From an uncultured virus (IMG/VR IMGVR_UViG_3300028581_000034) (Duplodnaviria > Heunggongvirae > Uroviricota > Caudoviricetes), in the IMG/VR virus record IMGVR_UViG_3300028581_000034: a stretch of 20,000 bases of DNA. One strand, 5' to 3'. Positions 1-8,644 of this stretch are shown here, one piece after another (position 1 is the stretch's first letter; every line of letters starts with the position of its first letter). The notes beneath the pieces were generated by a model. That model saw only the letters and a program-made list of their open reading frames with translations, had not been told where the DNA came from and did no database searches. Made by a program: the position numbers and the translations under genes.

Positions 1-1
1 T

Positions 2-1252
2 TATCCAAAAGGTATCAGAGATAACGCAGGTGGTGCATTTAACCACGCTTTGTTTTGGAATATGTTAACACCAAAACAAATGAAGATTACCACAGAGTTG
101 GAAGATATTATCAAGAAAGACTTTGGCACCTATGAAAAATTCAAACAACAATTTGAAACCGTTGCAAAAGAAAGATTCGGTTCAGGTTGGGTGTGGTTGG
201 TATTAACCAACAAAGGGACACTAAAAATTATGTCCACCCCAAACCAAGACAATCCACTGATGAACATTATTGAAGGTGGGGGTTATCCGTTGTTAGGATT
301 AGATGTTTGGGAACATGCTTATTATCTCAAATATAAAAATAAGAGAGATGAATACGTTAAAAACTTTTGGTCTGTAATTAATTGGGATTTTGTCACTAAC
401 TTGTACAAAATGAAAACTGAAACCTCATTATTAGAATCTGTAGAAATGGGAAAATTTTTGAATGAAACAAAATCCGAAGGATGTTCACGAGAAGACATTG
501 AAACTTATCGTGTTCTATTTAACGTGAACAAAAACGCAAGAAACATCTACAAAAACACAATCATCAAAGTTCAACAAAAAGTTTTTGCTGACAAGTATCA
601 CACCAAAAGAGAAGATGGTGAAATACCTGGTGTTTACAATTTAGAAAAACCAGGTCGTTCAGTTATCAACTATATGAACACAAACTACTCGGTTTTCTGT
701 ATCATGGTTAATGATTTAAATAAAGTTATTCAAGGTAAGATGGGTCAAGAACCAATATCTTTTGAATTGAAGACTCCCGCTGAACAGATTATTGAAATGA
801 AGAGAATGTGTAACTACATTGAAAAGTTCCAAGATAGAATTTTCTCAAAAACATCACACACATTTAAGAATATTATGGCAACTCTCAAAGAAAAAGATTC
901 CATCGGAATTAAACGAGAAGAGATGGCAAAAAAAGTTTTGGAAACTAAATTACCTGAAACTACCGTTGAAATTGTCGCGGGTGCGGGTAAAGAGAAAGAT
1001 GCTTACAAGAAAATTGATTTAGAAATTATTCACAAAGGAAGAAAAATTACCGCACAGGTAAAAGGTTTTGATGAACTTATTCCCGAGGATGAAAAGTTAG
1101 TTGTCACAAAAACAGGAGAAATTGACAAATATAAAGTTGATTGGATGGTTTTTATTCGTGGTAAAAATGTTTTAGTCTTTAGAAACCGACCTGAAATAGT
1201 TCTTGGTCAGTATGTATTTGACAAGAACGACTTATTATACCACATTAAGTAA
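2..1252 (+). CDS. Fe/Mn superoxide dismutase (5'-truncated) fused to a ~280 aa C-terminal region with a PD-(D/E)xK-like domain
   Basis: The frame is open from base 2 (YPKGIRDNAGGAFNHALFW), so the TTG at 50 is not the true start. SOD motifs: NH.LFW, FGSGWVWL, PNQDNP, LGLDVWEHAYY, FWSVINW (SOD ends ~410). GG before NH plus NQD points to the Mn type. C-terminal G-x3-E...D...ID...QVK pattern at ~890-1065. Confidence 0.9.
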   Translation, partial: YPKGIRDNAGGAFNHALFWNMLTPKQMKITTELEDIIKKDFGTYEKFKQQFETVAKERFGSGWVWLVLTNKGTLKIMSTPNQDNPLMNIIEGGGYPLLGLDVWEHAYYLKYKNKRDEYVKNFWSVINWDFVTNLYKMKTETSLLESVEMGKFLNETKSEGCSREDIETYRVLFNVNKNARNIYKNTIIKVQQKVFADKYHTKREDGEIPGVYNLEKPGRSVINYMNTNYSVFCIMVNDLNKVIQGKMGQEPISFELKTPAEQIIEMKRMCNYIEKFQDRIFSKTSHTFKNIMATLKEKDSIGIKREEMAKKVLETKLPETTVEIVAGAGKEKDAYKKIDLEIIHKGRKITAQVKGFDELIPEDEKLVVTKTGEIDKYKVDWMVFIRGKNVLVFRNRPEIVLGQYVFDKNDLLYHIK

Positions 1253-1260
1253 TTTTAAAG

Positions 1261-1268
1261 TATTTATA
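1261..1268 (+). promoter_or_regulatory. TATTTAT(A) motif upstream of the neck gene (candidate late promoter)
   Basis: AAGTATTTATAGGT-ATG. The same motif precedes ATG 6267 and ATG 14659. Confidence 0.45.
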
Positions 1269-1271
1269 GGT

Positions 1272-2390
1272 ATGCCAGTAATACCCGAACCAGAAAGAAG
1301 TAAAATCTATACAAGGATTAAACACCAATTAGGTGCTCCCCTTAGAAGTGTAGAACTTGAGGATGAAATGTTAGATTCCTTAATGGAACTATCTGTTCAA
1401 GATTATGAACAATATACCCTTGATTGGTTAATTGAATCTAATTGGGTTAACTTAGTTAACTTGAACATGAGTGAGAAATCAGTTGCGCAAGCTTTGATTA
1501 CACGTACCATGAATTTAGAAGACCAATTTTCGTATTCATATTCAAAAATTGTTGGATTACAAACAAAAGGTCCTTGGGTTTTAAAGAAGGATTATTTCAT
1601 TTTAAGTGCTAATACACAAACCTATGAGATTCCTGCTGGTAGGGAAGTTAATGAACTATTGTGGTTCTCAAACCAATCTTCACAAAGTTTGGCCTTGTTT
1701 GGTGGTATAGGTGGTGGATTTGGTGGTGTTGGATTAGGAGCATCTCAAGCTGGTTATGCTCAGTTTGGTAATGTTGGTTCATACTTTATGATGAGTGGTT
1801 TTGACTATCTATTAAGGGCTCAAGAAGCAAACATTTTGAATAGAATTTTAGGTGGTTCATTAACTTATCGTATCACAGGTTTACCTGATGGTAAGAGATT
1901 AATTCACTTATACAATACCCCAGGAGGAAGATTCAATTGGAATAACTACTCATTATATGCAGGTAAAGCTGTTTGGTATTGGTATTACGAAACAACACCT
2001 GATAGTAGGGCAGATTGTTTAAGAGACAATCCTGACGTTATTAAATTACCTTCAGATGTTCCCATTCAAGACTTGACATGGGAAGAGTTAAATGCACCTG
2101 CTCAACAGTGGGTTAGACGTTGGTTCACCGCCTATGCTAAAGAAACTTTAGCTCGTGTTAGAGGAAAATATAGTGGAAACTTAAAAACTCCTGACACAGA
2201 AATTGTTATGGATTACCAATCCCTATTAACAGAAGCTAAAGACGAAAAAACAAAATTAGAGGAAGAATTGAAATTACGATTAGAGAGACTGCGTCCTGAA
2301 AACCAAATGAAGAAGGAAGCTGAAATTGCAGAAAATCTTAATAAACAAATGAAATTCCGTGCGGCACCAAGACAAATATATGTAATATAA
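1272..2390 (+). CDS. Neck / head-completion protein, T4 gp13-like
   Basis: LGAPLRSVELEDE near the N-terminus and WVRRWFTAYAKETLARVRGKYSG...EA..E...LEEEL near the C-terminus match the gp13-type neck pattern. Start moved to ATG 1272 (MPVIPEPE), because the TTG at 1203 overlaps the upstream gene. Confidence 0.75.
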   Translation: MPVIPEPERSKIYTRIKHQLGAPLRSVELEDEMLDSLMELSVQDYEQYTLDWLIESNWVNLVNLNMSEKSVAQALITRTMNLEDQFSYSYSKIVGLQTKGPWVLKKDYFILSANTQTYEIPAGREVNELLWFSNQSSQSLALFGGIGGGFGGVGLGASQAGYAQFGNVGSYFMMSGFDYLLRAQEANILNRILGGSLTYRITGLPDGKRLIHLYNTPGGRFNWNNYSLYAGKAVWYWYYETTPDSRADCLRDNPDVIKLPSDVPIQDLTWEELNAPAQQWVRRWFTAYAKETLARVRGKYSGNLKTPDTEIVMDYQSLLTEAKDEKTKLEEELKLRLERLRPENQMKKEAEIAENLNKQMKFRAAPRQIYVI

Positions 2391-2393
2391 TTT

Positions 2394-2729
2394 ATGTCCA
2401 TTATAAAAAGCACACCAGCGCAAAGAGTAATTAACGGAAAATTAATAACAACCTCAGAAGTATCCGTTGTCAGTGAATCATTTTATGAAACAAATGGTGA
2501 GGCTTGTGTCGTAATACGAGGTATTGACCAATGTAAAGTTAAGTTAAATGCAATAACCACAGACCATACTGTGATTAAAGCGATGACAAACGTAACAATT
2601 GTTCCCGACCGAGGATGGATTGATGAAGAATTTGACGAACTTGTTATAGGTCGTGGAGCCTGTGTTGAATTTAGATTCTGTGCGGGTACTTGGTATATTA
2701 TATCATCTGACGGTCTTAAGAATTCGTAA
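2394..2729 (+). CDS. Hypothetical beta-rich protein (111 aa), possibly structural
   Basis: Starts 3 nt after the neck gene stop. Alternating hydrophobic beta pattern; the C-terminal ID...VEF....TWYII resembles small fibre/decoration beta modules. Confidence 0.6.
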   Translation: MSIIKSTPAQRVINGKLITTSEVSVVSESFYETNGEACVVIRGIDQCKVKLNAITTDHTVIKAMTNVTIVPDRGWIDEEFDELVIGRGACVEFRFCAGTWYIISSDGLKNS

Positions 2730-3003
2730 TAGAGATATTCTCTAAATCACGAATTTTAATATTCTTTAATCCAGTTGTTCCGTGAGATAACTCAGCAATC
2801 TTACCTTGGTTTGCAAGATATTCAAACACATAGTAAAGATAGTCGGGTAAAACCAAATCAGGACGTGTAACAGTAACCCCAATATGTTCAGGAGAAAATT
2901 CACGAGTGGGTCTTCCAACAGTAGTTTCACCACCTTTACGGATTAACCAAAAATTGGCGTCGGGATTGTTAACACTAAAATCAACTAGGTGTTTCAACTT
3001 CAT
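2716..3003 (-). CDS. Small (95 aa) protein resembling part of a type I R-M specificity subunit (HsdS/TRD-like)
   Basis: Likely start ATG 3003 (MKLKHLVDF). PDYLYYVFEYL...GKI...HGTT..NI...DLENISI resembles the conserved P.YL.Y.L...GST..NI...L..I segment of HsdS. Overlaps the polB 3' end by 23 nt and the convergent gene by 14 nt. Confidence 0.55.
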   Translation of the reverse strand: MKLKHLVDFSVNNPDANFWLIRKGGETTVGRPTREFSPEHIGVTVTRPDLVLPDYLYYVFEYLANQGKIAELSHGTTGLKNIKIRDLENISITNS

Positions 3004-5791
3004 AACTGTAAATATACTGCTCCCAACCTTCTTCCGCCAAATCATACATATAATTTGGGGATAAACCTCGTTTATTCCAATAAGAAACTTCACCTTCTGA
3101 CATATTCATAACCTCATCAAGTTCATCTTGGTCACCTTGTCCCATAGGTAATCCATTGATTAATTCACACTGAGCCTTGGTAAAAATACCACGATTACTT
3201 GGGTCATCAACAATTAATTCCTTACGAACATCTTGTTTGAAACATACCAACAAAGGTTCAATACGTTTGTTAAAAGTGGTGATTGCTCTTGGTACATTAT
3301 ATTCACCTGTTAAGTCAGGATTGTTTTCCAAATCATCAGGACTAAGAATATAACAATTTAATCTAATCATAGATGTCATAGACTCGTCAGGTTCTTTACC
3401 ATTATTCAAAACATAATACTCCAAATCTTCTTTTCTCCAACCACTCTTTAGTTTGTTAACTTTTTGAACATCACCATAAGACGCTTTCAGACCGTTGTTA
3501 ACATACATAATAACATCTCCCAAGTTTACGTTCATCTTGTGGTGAAGTGCCAATTCCATGTGAGCTTGTCTTGCCATCAAGGAACCCGCTTTGGTGGTCT
3601 GTGTACAACGATACTTGTAATCTGATAGTGTTTGTTTCACTTTCGCCCTTTGAGCGATTTGAGCAAGTGGAATTTGTTTGTCATAAATCTTCTGAATGTA
3701 TTCATAATAATATTCTACAAACTCTTGACCCTTACCCTCTAACAACATCTTAATTCCTTTGTCCAAGAATTTTTCAATATAACCAGGTAGTTTCTTTGAC
3801 TTAATGGAGTTACCTGTAAGTTTAATCTTACCCTTATAATCCATAACCGCATAGTTCTTACGGGCAAGGTTAATACAGCTCGGCCATACACCATCCGTAT
3901 CAAGAGCCATCTCACCCCTCATGAAGATATCGTTGTATTCGGCAACATCCGACTCAGCACCTTCATAAACCTTACCATCTTTTACTTTCCAGTTCAGTCC
4001 ACGACCAACATATTTTCTTTCATTGACACCATCAGGAAGTGAGAAGTTCACACCGTCCGTATCCATTACAAGTGGAGTGTATCCACGAGACATGAAGAAC
4101 TTAATCATCTGACGGAGATATTGTCTACCCGTACAGGTAATCTGTTCACCCATAAACATGTCACCCCATGCATAAACTTGAGGTGCCGAAAGTGCACCGA
4201 ACATGGAGTTGATAAAGATTTTAATTGGTAACTGTTTGTTGTTATAGGTCGCCGCTTTATTTGGGTCGGTAGTATAACAATCCTCAGCTAACTCTTTGTA
4301 TTTGATACGAGTGTCACGGAAATACTTCAACATCCCTTTCATCGCACCTGTCACGTCACATTGGGGGAACACATCGTGTACCAACTGAATTGAAGGGTAT
4401 AGTGACGAAAAGTCAAGTTTGAGTACGTCTTTTGAATATCCAACTTTAAGTAGTCGTGATAATCCACCAACAAAGTCTGTTTTACCTTGTTTTGCTGGAA
4501 TAGCCAAATTGTGTTTGTAACTCCAAGCCAACATTAACATTTTCCAAAGAGTGGCGGTACCCATGGTAGATACCCTTTCATATGTTGTTGGAATCATTGA
4601 TGCAAGAAGGAACGAACCTTGGTTAAATTCTTTATCAACTTTTAAGGTTTCTTCCAAGTCATCTTGGAGGTATCGTTCAACAATTTCAGAACCTGTTGTG
4701 AGAATATATGTATCGGGAAACTTTTTATCCAAATCAACAAAATCACCTTTTTTTCTATACTCACCATTTTTGATATTCAACCAATACTCTTGGTTTTCGG
4801 TGTACATCTTACCGATACTGTCATGACCAATGTATACACGGTCTTCTTCTTTTACATTGATGAATTCTGCAATATACTTCAAACCCGCAGATTTGATTGA
4901 TGAGTTAATTGCTTGTGCTCTACGAACCGCGTGAATAATATCAATTACATTGTAACCCCAAATGGAAGTCTGCATAAAGTCTTCCACTTCGTTTGCGAGT
5001 TTAAGAATTGTCTTCTTTTGAGTTATTGAATGTTGAGGGTGTAATGAACGACACACCTTTCTGATATCAATACCCAATATTTTACAACGTTCAAATATCC
5101 AATACCAGTCAAAGTTTGCGGAGTTGTAACCACCGATGATACTTGGTTTTAATTCGTTAATTACGTTGAAGAACTCTAATATTCCTTTCTTTTCATCTTC
5201 CTCATTAATACACTCAATAATTCTGTTGAACCCTTTATTGGTTCTAATACCTATCATGAATATACGACCGTGCTTTGGTTCAAGTGAGGTCGTCTCCAAG
5301 TCATATACCAATCGGGTTACCTCATCATAATCCTCGTAACCTTTGAATAGACGTTTTTCTTTGGAAATAAAATATTGTTCTACGGGAGGTAGAATCATAA
5401 TCTTGTCTTTAAACTTTTCACCCCAAGGGTCTGCGCCACCATCACGGAAAAACTGAATTAAGTGTCTATAACCTTTCAGTGACTTAACCATATAGGTAAG
5501 CCCATTCTCCATACGTTCATCACCGTGGGTTTGAAGTTTCTCAATCACAATACCGTGATTTGTCATAGCTTCTTTCTGAGCCCCTTTTGAGTTACCATAA
5601 AAGTTCAAACCTTTAAGGTCTCCAACCCAACAAAAAGGAATAAAAGTGTCTTTTCTAATTTCTTTACCCTTACCAGGTATCTCTTTGATTTTGTAGACTG
5701 AATCTGAGGCGTAGTCAAATTCACAGGCCACAATAAATTCTTCGGGGTCATTACCCTCTAAGAACAATTTAATTTCGTTTGCGTCTATCAT
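2981..5791 (-). CDS. polB: Family B DNA polymerase with 3'-5' exonuclease
   Basis: ExoI YDLETTS, ExoII GYNSANFD, ExoIII YLQDD; polymerase motif A DFSSLYPSI, motif B KIFINSMFG, motif C DTDG, and KNYA. 936 aa, no intein or intron evident. Confidence 0.97.
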   Translation of the reverse strand: MIDANEIKLFLEGNDPEEFIVACEFDYASDSVYKIKEIPGKGKEIRKDTFIPFCWVGDLKGLNFYGNSKGAQKEAMTNHGIVIEKLQTHGDERMENGLTYMVKSLKGYRHLIQFFRDGGADPWGEKFKDKIMILPPVEQYFISKEKRLFKGYEDYDEVTRLVYDLETTSLEPKHGRIFMIGIRTNKGFNRIIECINEEDEKKGILEFFNVINELKPSIIGGYNSANFDWYWIFERCKILGIDIRKVCRSLHPQHSITQKKTILKLANEVEDFMQTSIWGYNVIDIIHAVRRAQAINSSIKSAGLKYIAEFINVKEEDRVYIGHDSIGKMYTENQEYWLNIKNGEYRKKGDFVDLDKKFPDTYILTTGSEIVERYLQDDLEETLKVDKEFNQGSFLLASMIPTTYERVSTMGTATLWKMLMLAWSYKHNLAIPAKQGKTDFVGGLSRLLKVGYSKDVLKLDFSSLYPSIQLVHDVFPQCDVTGAMKGMLKYFRDTRIKYKELAEDCYTTDPNKAATYNNKQLPIKIFINSMFGALSAPQVYAWGDMFMGEQITCTGRQYLRQMIKFFMSRGYTPLVMDTDGVNFSLPDGVNERKYVGRGLNWKVKDGKVYEGAESDVAEYNDIFMRGEMALDTDGVWPSCINLARKNYAVMDYKGKIKLTGNSIKSKKLPGYIEKFLDKGIKMLLEGKGQEFVEYYYEYIQKIYDKQIPLAQIAQRAKVKQTLSDYKYRCTQTTKAGSLMARQAHMELALHHKMNVNLGDVIMYVNNGLKASYGDVQKVNKLKSGWRKEDLEYYVLNNGKEPDESMTSMIRLNCYILSPDDLENNPDLTGEYNVPRAITTFNKRIEPLLVCFKQDVRKELIVDDPSNRGIFTKAQCELINGLPMGQGDQDELDEVMNMSEGEVSYWNKRGLSPNYMYDLAEEGWEQYIYSYEVETPS

Positions 5792-5805
5792 AATTACAAT
5801 TTACC

Positions 5806-5848
5806 GAGTGACACATTATCTTCCACACCTTGTGGAGTTTGTCTTCTC
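5806..5848 (-). promoter_or_regulatory. Stem-loop in the polB 5' leader
   Basis: mRNA GAG-AA-GACA...UCCACA-AGG-UGUGGA...UGUC-A-CUC: 6 bp inner stem (5822-5827/5831-5836) plus outer pairings (5810-5813/5840-5843 and 5806-5808/5846-5848), ending 14 nt before the AUG. Confidence 0.5.
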
Positions 5849-5857
5849 ATTCAATTG

Positions 5858-5888
5858 TAAATATACTAAGGAAAATTGATTTGTCAAA
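5858..5888 (-). promoter_or_regulatory. Putative host-type promoter for polB
   Basis: The minus strand reads TTTG(ACA)-N-TATATTTA: TTTG (5888-5885), 19 nt spacer, TATATTTA (5865-5858), one mismatch from the Bacteroidota TTTG-N19-21-TAnnTTTG consensus. It can also be read as TTGACA-N16-TATATT. Confidence 0.6.
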
Positions 5889-5889
5889 A

Positions 5890-6267
5890 TCAACAACAAG
5901 CAGTTTCAGAAATAAAACTGTCTTCCACATTGACATATAACTCTTCTCTAATTGGGACAATTAAGTTACCTTGTTCGTTCTTGATTAAGAATTGCCCTTG
6001 ATATCTACCCGGCGTATTAGTGTCTCGTGCGGTGAATCTATAGTAGATGTAATATTCTGTGGTTGCACCATCGGCAAGAATCAAACTTACGATTTGACAA
6101 GGTGCTGAAACAATCTTAGGAATACCTGTTGAAACATTTATCATTGTAAAATAGATAGTCGCAGTTTCCAAGTCATTCATTAACTCAAGATAACCACCAC
6201 GACCATCTTTTACAACTTGCATTTTCAACAAGGGTAAAGTGGCATTTTTTCTGATAAAGAATTCCAT
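5890..6267 (-). CDS. BppU N-terminal-like (Ig-like) virion/baseplate protein
   Basis: FIRKNATLP.L...DLETATIYFTM...YYRFTARDTNTPGRYQGQFLI...LIVP matches the BppU_N-type pattern (I.xGDT.P...Y.f...DT...G.Y.aEf). Confidence 0.6.
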   Translation of the reverse strand: MEFFIRKNATLPLLKMQVVKDGRGGYLELMNDLETATIYFTMINVSTGIPKIVSAPCQIVSLILADGATTEYYIYYRFTARDTNTPGRYQGQFLIKNEQGNLIVPIREELYVNVEDSFISETACC

Positions 6268-6273
6268 ACAAAG

Positions 6274-6283
6274 ATAAATACTT
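6274..6283 (-). promoter_or_regulatory. TATTTAT motif upstream of the BppU-like gene
   Basis: Minus strand AAGTATTTATCTTTGT-ATG; the 10-mer AAGTATTTAT is identical to the one before the neck gene. Confidence 0.45.
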
Positions 6284-6285
6284 TG

Positions 6286-7959
6286 TTAGGACTCTTTTCT
6301 CAATTTACCATCGTAGAAATCAAATCTATCGTGCTCTGTTGGTGTCATTAACAACATTGCAGGTTTGATATTACCCTTAATTGTTTCTTGGAAAATATAA
6401 CTCATCCATGTTTGTTCAAATGGGTGAGCCCATTTTTCAGTTAAGAACATTTTTCTATTACCATGTTTTGTAACCACTTGAGGCCAATTACAATAATAAA
6501 TTTCACCATCAATAAATGAAACTCCTTGATGTGTTCTAATGTGATTAAATTTGCTTCTTGGTGCGTTTGGGTCAATACCTTGTACGGGTAGTTTTGATTT
6601 GTCAGGCCAATGTTGTTCTCTGAATGATTGTGGTACGTTATACCAAGACCACTGAACACCATTGTCACCATAGAACTCAGAATAATTCATTTTCAGAAAG
6701 TCATACTGATATTTTTTTGTAATTGTTAATGTCTTGTGGTATAAATCGTTTGTATATCTGTTGAAACCATTTCTACAAACATCACCTTTCTTTGGATAGA
6801 AAAACATATCATCCTCAAAGAAAAAATAGAAATCAAATTCGTTTTCTTCTGAGTGTTCCGCAATCCATTGTCTACCACCACAGATACCTAAATTATCTTT
6901 TTTGATGTGTTCAAAACCATGTTGTTCACATAATTCTTTGTATCTATCAGTAGTTGTTAAATCAGATGAATTATCCAATAAAAACTTTTTAGGTTTACTC
7001 AAGAAGTTAGAATCATATTGATTCATTGATTCAATCAAAGTCTCAAATTGTTTTGGACTATTAAATGTTATAACATATAGAGCGGCGTTATTTACATCTA
7101 AATCATCACTTGGAGATAATAAATTTTCTTTGTTTTTTCTAACTAAACTATCGTTCTTTAAATCTTCAAAAAACTTACCAAACAATCCATTAGAATCTAT
7201 TTCAAAATAATCTACCATGTCAGCATGTTTGTAGACCATAATTGAAAAGATACTTTCTTCGGTACCCATTAAATCCTGAGAAAGGGTGGATTGTAAAATG
7301 TTATAATAAATTGAGTTAATATCACCAATGGTATTTTTAGGTCCACCAAAGAATCCACCTCTACCGACTAACTCAACTTTAGTACCCGCAATATTATTTA
7401 TTTCAGAAAATTTAAACCCATGAATTTCGTTATTTGCCTCGTATGGAAAACAAACAAATGAAAATTTATTAATGTATTTTGGTAATTTATCCAAAACCTT
7501 ATCGTGGGTAAAATATCCTTGATGTACCGTGTTTGTTAGACCTGCATCAATCCAAAACATGTGTTCTGAATCAAATGGGTCAAATATTTTTGCATCGTGT
7601 AATAAAAATACCTTTGACATGACCAAAGGATTATACATCTCAAGTCTTGCTTGTGTGGATTCACTTAACCAACCTGATTGTGAATACCATTTTTCATCGG
7701 TTCTGATTTTTTGTATCTTATCAAAAAACTCATTCTTAAACCAATCGGTAGACCTTGAGATAAACAATGTATTATCTTTTGAACGTCTTTGAAAAACAAA
7801 CTCCTCCAAAGAACTATCCCCAAAAATAATCATATTATTATCAACTTTCAGAAGTTGGTCAAACTTCTCTAAATAATGTTCAAAAGAACGAGACCAACCT
7901 TCACCAAGTTCATCTCTTTTAATATTCCAAAGTCCAGTGACAAGTGTTAATTTAGACAT
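6286..7959 (-). CDS. Two-domain protein: HtrL/YibB (WlaTC-like) N-terminal domain + GT-A fold glycosyltransferase
   Basis: N-half: TLVTGLWNIKR...RSFEHYLEKF...YNPLVMSK.FLL..A...DPF.S..MFWIDAG...GGFFGG...TEE. C-half (from ~7085): YVITFNSP..F..LIES, LLDNSSD, NLGICGGR, FFEDD acidic motif. Confidence 0.75.
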   Translation of the reverse strand: MSKLTLVTGLWNIKRDELGEGWSRSFEHYLEKFDQLLKVDNNMIIFGDSSLEEFVFQRRSKDNTLFISRSTDWFKNEFFDKIQKIRTDEKWYSQSGWLSESTQARLEMYNPLVMSKVFLLHDAKIFDPFDSEHMFWIDAGLTNTVHQGYFTHDKVLDKLPKYINKFSFVCFPYEANNEIHGFKFSEINNIAGTKVELVGRGGFFGGPKNTIGDINSIYYNILQSTLSQDLMGTEESIFSIMVYKHADMVDYFEIDSNGLFGKFFEDLKNDSLVRKNKENLLSPSDDLDVNNAALYVITFNSPKQFETLIESMNQYDSNFLSKPKKFLLDNSSDLTTTDRYKELCEQHGFEHIKKDNLGICGGRQWIAEHSEENEFDFYFFFEDDMFFYPKKGDVCRNGFNRYTNDLYHKTLTITKKYQYDFLKMNYSEFYGDNGVQWSWYNVPQSFREQHWPDKSKLPVQGIDPNAPRSKFNHIRTHQGVSFIDGEIYYCNWPQVVTKHGNRKMFLTEKWAHPFEQTWMSYIFQETIKGNIKPAMLLMTPTEHDRFDFYDGKLRKES

Positions 7960-8644
7960 AATATTCTTTTACTTTTTCTTTTAATTTTAATTTGAATTCT
8001 TCATCAATGATTTTATCAATCATTTCTATTTCTTCAATAGTTAAATCACGAGGTTTTTCATTTAAATAATATTCACCTCTTTCGTGACTATAATCTTTAG
8101 ATAATGGGATTGTACCTGGTTCTGAATTTAACCAATTATTTGGAGAATCCCAATTAAATTTCTCACCTATAATACCAAGAATTTTATTTCTTTTTTCTTC
8201 AATTAATAAATCCTCATACGATATCACAAATAAATTATTTTGTTTTGGAAAGTTTAAAATCCAATTTTCATGAAACTGTCTGTATATGTTTAACAATCTT
8301 TCAAAACTAATTTTACCATCATAGTAAGATAAATCACTATCAGTTTTGATATATCTATTTTCATCAACATAGTGTGGTAGATATTTTGATGCCAACATAA
8401 TATTGTGACCATCATCTTGTTTTCTCTTAATAATTGATTCAACCCAAGTATATGGATTTTTATAGATTACAAAAGTTGGATAATCACCAATAGTTGAATC
8501 AACCACAACGGAGTGTTTCCATAGTGGTTGATAATTGTTATTGATATTTTTCTCGTGGATTTTACCAAAATTACTATTCAGTAAATTCATGAGATAATTT
8601 GTCCCACTTCTATGAATCCCAAAAATGTATATTGGTTTTATCAT
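7952..8644 (-). CDS. PAPS-dependent sulfotransferase (P-loop type)
   Basis: 5'-PSB loop IFGIHRSGTNYL, 3'-PB motif YKNPYTWVES, and ISYEDL motif. Confidence 0.85.
   Translation of the reverse strand: MIKPIYIFGIHRSGTNYLMNLLNSNFGKIHEKNINNNYQPLWKHSVVVDSTIGDYPTFVIYKNPYTWVESIIKRKQDDGHNIMLASKYLPHYVDENRYIKTDSDLSYYDGKISFERLLNIYRQFHENWILNFPKQNNLFVISYEDLLIEEKRNKILGIIGEKFNWDSPNNWLNSEPGTIPLSKDYSHERGEYYLNEKPRDLTIEEIEMIDKIIDEEFKLKLKEKVKEYYV

Noticed and set aside
50..52. ORF-track starts at 50, 1203, 3093 and 19587
   Set aside because: Frames at 50 and 19587 are open to the window edges; 1203 and 3093 give long overlaps with neighbours, with better ATGs at 1272 and 3003.
3547..5330. Short + strand ORFs within polB and similar 64-137 aa ORFs nested in other genes
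   Set aside because: Fully overlap well-supported genes and show no recognisable motifs.
6269..6276. TATCTTTG (perfect Bacteroidota -7 element) before the BppU-like gene
   Set aside because: It ends 1 nt before the ATG, so transcription would start inside the coding sequence; the overlapping TATTTAT motif is the better explanation.
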